This document shows positions 17,140 through 21,717 of a stretch of DNA of 21,717 nt, one piece after another. Every line of letters begins with the position of its first letter. Position 1 is the first letter of the stretch. This DNA is from Promethearchaeota archaeon. GTDB lineage: Archaea > Asgardarchaeota > Hermodarchaeia > Hermodarchaeales > Hermodarchaeaceae. The position numbers and the translations under genes are program-made. Location of the stretch: positions 1 through 21,717 of the forward strand of contig JBHLPR010000035.1 of the NCBI GenBank assembly GCA_048939245.1, written 5' to 3'. The notes below the pieces were generated by a model that had not been told where the DNA came from, ran no database searches, and saw nothing but the letters and a program-made list of their open reading frames with translations.

Positions 17140-18459
17140 TTAGACAAATGTGGATCCTTTCGTCCAAAGCTCAGTGGCCTGTATCTGACCTGCTTCTGGA
17201 CTATAGATTAGACCTTGTTTTTCGAATAAGTCGAAATCTTCTAACACGCTTTCCCATGAACGCTCTTGACTTTGGAGCCATGATTCAATATCGTCAAGAG
17301 TACGGGGAAAAGATAAGAATTCCAAAAGGGTAGTTTGAAAATTGTTAAACTCCGCTCTCGCTCGTGTTACTTCTTTTTGGGCAAACTGCTGAATGTATTC
17401 AGCATTAATATGATATGCTGATAAGACCTGATCAAATGTGTAACCGTCATTAACCAGAACCTCAGCGCCACGAATCGCATCTTGAAGAGATCTCAAGAGG
17501 AGTTCGAGCATAATTCCAGGATTGCCACCAGAGAAATTATAAATCGCTTCTAATGCCTCTCCTGTGAATGGGGTTAGAATTGCCTTAATTTTTGAGGAGT
17601 TTAGATCAATACTCTCTTCTGGGTCCTTACTAATTTGATCAATTGACCCCTTGAGATAGGCGAGTCTCCAAAGTAATACCTTCATCGCGCTGATTTTTTT
17701 CATTCTACGCATATCATAGATCTCAACAAACCGTCGTCGAATTGCGGATTTATTTCCATGACCTAATGTTTCTCCAACTGAGGAAAGAAGTTCAAGTGTT
17801 TTAACAGCACTTTCCCCAATACGCGTAATTATCGCAAGAGCCAAAACAAGGTAACGCCGACCATCCTTGGTCTTATCATTTACCATTCGTAGAAGAGTGT
17901 CGACAATACGTACACGATTATCTGGCCTTTGCCGTTCTAATTGTCGAAACTCGTCTATCAACAAGACATACGAGGTTCCATTCTCTTCAGCATCAGTTCT
18001 CAAAGCCAATAATAGACGGGAAAGGCGTTTTGCTATTGATCCACTTCTAACTACCCTAACGCCTACTTTGTCGATTAAGAATTCACGAACGGTCTTTTCA
18101 CCTATGTTAGCGTGAACAAGATCGTCTATCAACGCGTCAGCCGAGCTGACTCCTTCAAGACGAATCGCACGAATGTTGGGTAGACGATTCAAGGACTGCT
18201 GAATCATCTCTAAGAAAGTTGTTTTGCCTGCACCTAGGGGACCAGAGACCACTACGCTAGCAGTTTGGTTTCGAAGATAGTTGACCGCACGTTTAATCGC
18301 TAGGGCTTCTTCTTCAGGGACCACGTACAAATCCTCTGAGTCTATACCAAAGAGTTCAATCCGTTCATTTTTGAATCCCCACTTTGAAAGCATTTGCTGA
18401 TCAAATCTTTGTGTTTGCTCGACTAATTTATCAAGTTCACTCAGACAAAACACACCCAA
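17140..18459 (-). CDS. AAA+ ATPase (ExeA/AAA_22-like) with C-terminal winged helix
   Basis: Walker A GPLGAGKTT, Walker B VLLIDE, putative Arg finger AIRRRF, lid FTGEALEAIYNFSGGNPG, and a C-terminal LLEFLSFPRTLDDI...FEKQGLIY wHTH. It lacks the ParA deviant KGGxGK motif. Confidence 0.8.
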   Translation of the reverse strand: MGVFCLSELDKLVEQTQRFDQQMLSKWGFKNERIELFGIDSEDLYVVPEEEALAIKRAVNYLRNQTASVVVSGPLGAGKTTFLEMIQQSLNRLPNIRAIRLEGVSSADALIDDLVHANIGEKTVREFLIDKVGVRVVRSGSIAKRLSRLLLALRTDAEENGTSYVLLIDEFRQLERQRPDNRVRIVDTLLRMVNDKTKDGRRYLVLALAIITRIGESAVKTLELLSSVGETLGHGNKSAIRRRFVEIYDMRRMKKISAMKVLLWRLAYLKGSIDQISKDPEESIDLNSSKIKAILTPFTGEALEAIYNFSGGNPGIMLELLLRSLQDAIRGAEVLVNDGYTFDQVLSAYHINAEYIQQFAQKEVTRARAEFNNFQTTLLEFLSFPRTLDDIESWLQSQERSWESVLEDFDLFEKQGLIYSPEAGQIQATELWTKGSTFV

Positions 18460-18521
18460 TATTAACTTCAGAGAAGGTTATTCGATAATAAATAATTATT
18501 GATTGTATTTAAGATATAAAA

Positions 18522-18557
18522 TTTAATTATTATATTAAATTCATTGAATTTAATGAG
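18522..18557. repeat. 9-bp tandem array 5 (TTTAATTAT TATATTAAA TTCATTGAA TTTAATGAG)
   Basis: Four phased units in the very AT-rich region upstream of the ATPase gene. Confidence 0.82.
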
Positions 18558-18569
18558 TTTTCGCTTCAA

Positions 18570-19163
18570 TTATTTTTTTGTGAATGCAATGATATCGATT
18601 TTTGTAATTATCCCCACAGGCCTATTTTGGTCTAGAACCAAGAGTGCCTCAATTCCAGACGCAATTTTAGAAAGGGCTAATTCAGAAGTATCCTTAACGT
18701 CAATTGTTGGAAATGGAGGTTCCATGATCTCTCTAACAGAAAGCCCAAACACTTTCTGTGATTCGATAGTCATTAATTGTCGGATTATTGCGCCTTCGCT
18801 AATCGATCCAACTGCATTATTTCCCTTTATAACAGGAAGCTGTGAGATTCCATGACGCCTCATTAGGATTACGGCGCGTCTTACTTTGTCCTCAGGAGCA
18901 ACCCATATTAGTGGATTTAATTTCGAAGAATGGCCTTTCCATCGTATTAAATCTCCAATTGTTAAATGAACTTTCTCTTGTTTCTTAATAACTTTGAGAA
19001 TACGTTTGAGAGTGATTATACTAGGATTCACTTGACCTTTTTCAATACGGGCAACTAATGACTGACTAATACCTACCTCATCAGCTAGCTCTGCTTGAGT
19101 TAGTCCCACTTTTCTTCTAAGCTCTTGCAATTCCTCTGGTGTGGGTACGCGAAAATCAGACAC
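18570..19163 (-). CDS. XRE-family HTH transcriptional regulator with C-terminal CBS pair (COG3620-like)
   Basis: PTPEELQELRRKVGLTQAELADEVGISQSLVARIEKGQVNPSI, plus CBS motifs VAPED.V..A..LM..HGISQLPV and VREIMEPPFP...GIITKID. The likely start is GTG 19163. Confidence 0.92.
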   Translation of the reverse strand: MSDFRVPTPEELQELRRKVGLTQAELADEVGISQSLVARIEKGQVNPSIITLKRILKVIKKQEKVHLTIGDLIRWKGHSSKLNPLIWVAPEDKVRRAVILMRRHGISQLPVIKGNNAVGSISEGAIIRQLMTIESQKVFGLSVREIMEPPFPTIDVKDTSELALSKIASGIEALLVLDQNRPVGIITKIDIIAFTKK

Positions 19164-19251
19164 AGATAATACACCGTCTTTAGGTACTATAGGTAATAAC
19201 TCCAAAAGAATTAATACTCTGCTGGAATCGGTGAAGAATGGAGATGACACC

Positions 19252-21570
19252 GTGACAAAAATCCAACAAGCTGAAATTCGAGTCGTCGGTGTCGTTCAAG
19301 GAATAGGTTTTCGACCATTCATTTATGCACAAGCTGTTAACCGGGGATTAAGCGGCTATGTTTTAAACACGGGAAATTCTGCAGTCCGAATAGTGGTTGA
19401 GGGGGAAAAACAGAAAATCATTGAATTCATTAAATCCATTGAAAATGACAAACCATACTTAGCGGTTATTGACAGCATACAGACAATCTGGAAGCCCTCA
19501 AAGAAACAATTCCCAGATTTTCAGATTCGCCATTCCAAGAATGAAAAGAAGGCAGGTGGATCTGTTATTCCCCCAGATATCTCTGTATGTCATGATTGTA
19601 TTGATGATATGAATGACCCCCAATCACGTCATTACCAGTACCCTATGACTTGTTGCGCCATTTGTGGTCCTCGTTATACAACAGTAACAGACACTCCATA
19701 TGACCGTGAACGAACCACAATGAATGATTTCCCCCTATGCGAAGATTGCGATTCTGAGTACAATGACCCTTTAAATCGGCGATATAACGCTCAAACTATA
19801 TGCTGTCCAGTTTGTGGACCTACTTTTCAATTATTCACAGCAGACGGTTCAGTAATTGGATGTGGTGATCCCTTTCTCGAAACGGTAAAATTATTGAATG
19901 AAGGAGCCATTGTAGCAATCAAGGGATTAGGAGGGATTCATCTTGCAGTCCGTGCGACGCTAGATGCCCAAGTGCAACGATTACGTAAATTACGAAACAA
20001 ACCTCACAAACCCTTTGCCATAATGTCTAAGGACCTTGATATGGTTAGACAATATGCCTCTGTCAATACTACAGAAGAACGACTACTTATTTCATGGAGA
20101 CGCCCAATCGTTGTTTTAAATCAACAAACTCCATTCCCACTTTCTCCTTCTCTAGCACCGAATTTAGATACAATCGGTGTGATGCTTCCCTACTCAGGAA
20201 TTTACCTCAGGCTATTTGAAGGATTACAGGATCTTGCACTGGTTATGACAAGTGCAAATCCAGTAGGGCTACCCACCATTATTCACGAATCAACATTCCA
20301 AAGAAATTTCATGAAGATGGCAGATTATTTTCTTAGCCATAATCGAGCCATCTATCAACGCTGTGACGATTCAGTTATAATACCGATATTCAACCAAGAA
20401 CTCATTATCCGTCGTTCAAGAGGATACACACCTGAGCCCATAGACACAGCTGATGGTGGCCCAACGATTCTTTCTTTGGGTGCTTTAGAAAAGAACACCG
20501 GAGCTATTTACCATAGGCGACGAATCTATCTTACTCAACATATTGGAGATGTAGATACTGTTGAAGCCTTGAAATACCTTCAGGAAAGCTTATCACATCT
20601 GCAACGACTGCTCCGAGTTTCTGATTTCGAAGCTGTTGCTTGTGATTTGCACCCTGATTTCCTAACTACCCAATATGGTAACGAATTGTCAAGAGATCAC
20701 GAAATTCCACTCATTCAAGTACAACACCATCATGCTCATCTTGCTTCCCTTCTAGCAGATTTCAAGCTTCCATCCGACGAAAAAATCGTAGCCATCTGTT
20801 GCGATGGAGCTGGTTATGGCCCTGATAATACTATTTGGGGCGGGGAGATTCTCGTTGGTAACGCCCAAGACTATGCTCGTTCAGGTTTTCTCGAACCACA
20901 AATCATGCCTGGGGGAGATCTGGCTGCACAATATCCGTTTCGTATGTTACTGGGCATACTTTCTAAGAAATACGCGCACACCGAGTTATATGATCTCTTT
21001 GAGGGGGAATCCAGAACAGCCTTACCTCAAGGTCCAAATGAGCTCAAAGTAATTCTTGCCCAAATCCAGCAGGAAATCAATACACCATTAACTTCGAGCA
21101 CTGGTCGATTATTGGATTCACTTGCAGCCTTACTAGGAGTTTCTTATCAGAGAACCTATGAGGGAGAGCCAGCTATCCACTTTGAAGCCTTTGCCAACAG
21201 AGGTAACTCTAAGATACGGTTACAAACACCTATTGAACAGAAAGGAGAAAAAAGAATTCTAAAAACAGGTATCTTGGTAGACCAAGTATTGAAACATCGT
21301 GATAGATACAAAGGTCCCGATTTAGCGTTGGCAGCACACCATAGCATTGCTCAGGCATTAGCACAAGCGGCTATTGGCGCGGCTAATTCTCAAGGGATAT
21401 CCAAGATTGGATTTTCTGGAGGAGTTGCCTTTAATAAAATTTTGACACGAAGCATTAAATCAGAAATCGAAAAAGAAGGAATGGAATTTCTTATTCATCG
21501 AAACATTCCTCCAGGTGACGCAGGAACCTCCGCGGGGCAATCTCTTGTTGCTCGTGCAAAAATCAATTGA
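19252..21570 (+). CDS. hypF: [NiFe]-hydrogenase maturation carbamoyltransferase HypF
   Basis: Acylphosphatase GVVQGIGFRPF, two CxxC-x18-CxxC zinc fingers (CHDC/CAIC, CEDC/CPVC), KGLGGIHL, RRSRGYTP, QHIGD, HHHAH, DGAGYG.D..IWGGE, TSSTGRLLD, SGGVAFN, PPGDAG. Start GTG 19252 with a GGAGA RBS. Confidence 0.97.
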   Translation: MTKIQQAEIRVVGVVQGIGFRPFIYAQAVNRGLSGYVLNTGNSAVRIVVEGEKQKIIEFIKSIENDKPYLAVIDSIQTIWKPSKKQFPDFQIRHSKNEKKAGGSVIPPDISVCHDCIDDMNDPQSRHYQYPMTCCAICGPRYTTVTDTPYDRERTTMNDFPLCEDCDSEYNDPLNRRYNAQTICCPVCGPTFQLFTADGSVIGCGDPFLETVKLLNEGAIVAIKGLGGIHLAVRATLDAQVQRLRKLRNKPHKPFAIMSKDLDMVRQYASVNTTEERLLISWRRPIVVLNQQTPFPLSPSLAPNLDTIGVMLPYSGIYLRLFEGLQDLALVMTSANPVGLPTIIHESTFQRNFMKMADYFLSHNRAIYQRCDDSVIIPIFNQELIIRRSRGYTPEPIDTADGGPTILSLGALEKNTGAIYHRRRIYLTQHIGDVDTVEALKYLQESLSHLQRLLRVSDFEAVACDLHPDFLTTQYGNELSRDHEIPLIQVQHHHAHLASLLADFKLPSDEKIVAICCDGAGYGPDNTIWGGEILVGNAQDYARSGFLEPQIMPGGDLAAQYPFRMLLGILSKKYAHTELYDLFEGESRTALPQGPNELKVILAQIQQEINTPLTSSTGRLLDSLAALLGVSYQRTYEGEPAIHFEAFANRGNSKIRLQTPIEQKGEKRILKTGILVDQVLKHRDRYKGPDLALAAHHSIAQALAQAAIGAANSQGISKIGFSGGVAFNKILTRSIKSEIEKEGMEFLIHRNIPPGDAGTSAGQSLVARAKIN
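19417..19443. repeat. 9-bp tandem array 6 inside hypF (ATCATTGAA TTCATTAAA TCCATTGAA)
   Basis: Three phased units, each one mismatch from TTCATTGAA, encoding IIEFIKSIE. Confidence 0.7.
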
Positions 21571-21604
21571 TTTTATTCAAATCAAAATGATTGATGAATT
21601 GATT

Positions 21605-21640
21605 AACAATGAGCTCATTTATTTCATTGAATTCAATAAT
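21605..21640. repeat. 9-bp tandem array 7 (AACAATGAG CTCATTTAT TTCATTGAA TTCAATAAT)
   Basis: Four phased units downstream of the hypF stop, with further degenerate units at about 21590-21607. Confidence 0.82.
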
Positions 21641-21654
21641 GTTCCAGTGGAAAT
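21641..21654 (+). promoter_or_regulatory. ORB/mini-ORB-like sequence GTTCCAGTGGAAAT
   Basis: Matches the core of archaeal origin recognition boxes (TTCCAGTGGAAA) but has no G-string. It is intergenic and directly abuts array 7. Confidence 0.5.
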
Positions 21655-21717
21655 CATCCACAACTAATATAAATACCCGATATTTATCTAGACGCAGAGT
21701 TGTAGTATTATGGCCGC

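Noticed and set aside
16005-18560. ATPase module as a Tn7/Mu-like transposon or integrated element
   Set aside because: No transposase, integrase, tRNA target, terminal repeats or target duplication is visible, and the repeats extend into flanking core genes (radB-like, xpd, hypF).
19141-19251. Overlapping divergent starts of hypF (19141) and HTH-CBS (19250)
   Set aside because: Family N-termini and RBS positions support GTG 19252 and GTG 19163, leaving a normal 88-bp divergent promoter gap.
139-21347. Short antisense or alternate-frame ORFs in the track (e.g. 139-486, 958-1200, 3035-3346, 7630-7935, 16834-17211, 18544-18855, 20804-21052)
   Set aside because: They overlap well-supported genes, have no motifs and are typical shadow ORFs.
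12515-21640. 9-bp repeats as a CRISPR array or remnant (prompted by the Cas2-like gene and ATTGAA resembling CRISPR repeat ends)
   Set aside because: The units are 9 bp, abutting and dispersed over kilobases, with no 25-40 bp repeats, no spacers and no cas1 or effector genes.

Overview
AT-rich archaeal chromosomal window, most likely from an Asgard archaeon. That assignment rests on a diphthamide-less EF-2 paralogue and a eukaryote-like OSTC/DC2 oligosaccharyltransferase subunit; the CDP-archaeol synthase and GGTGA/GGAGG ribosome-binding sites confirm it is archaeal. The left and middle parts are core genes: EF-2 paralogue (5' end outside the window), LOG-like protein, PflX radical SAM, tandem Lrp-like regulator, Ig-like surface protein, rfcS-rfcL, an Orc1-2-type cdc6 with a coupled wHTH gene, ostC, carS, a radB-like gene and xpd. 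The right end holds an HTH-CBS regulator and hypF. The most striking element is an uncharacterised module at 15.5-18.5 kb: an ExeA/AAA_22-like AAA+ ATPase with a C-terminal wHTH, a translationally coupled ribbon-helix-helix protein with a long flexible N-tail, a Cas2/VapD-like-wHTH protein and a convergent HTH protein. This module sits in the middle of seven tandem, 9-bp-phased arrays of TTCA(A/T)TGAA spread over 12.5-21.6 kb. One array lies between convergent genes, one lies inside the hypF coding sequence, and the last abuts an ORB-like GTTCCAGTGGAAAT. The layout resembles a centromere + adaptor + NTPase partition system with a non-ParA motor. This is inference from layout and motifs; no searches were run.
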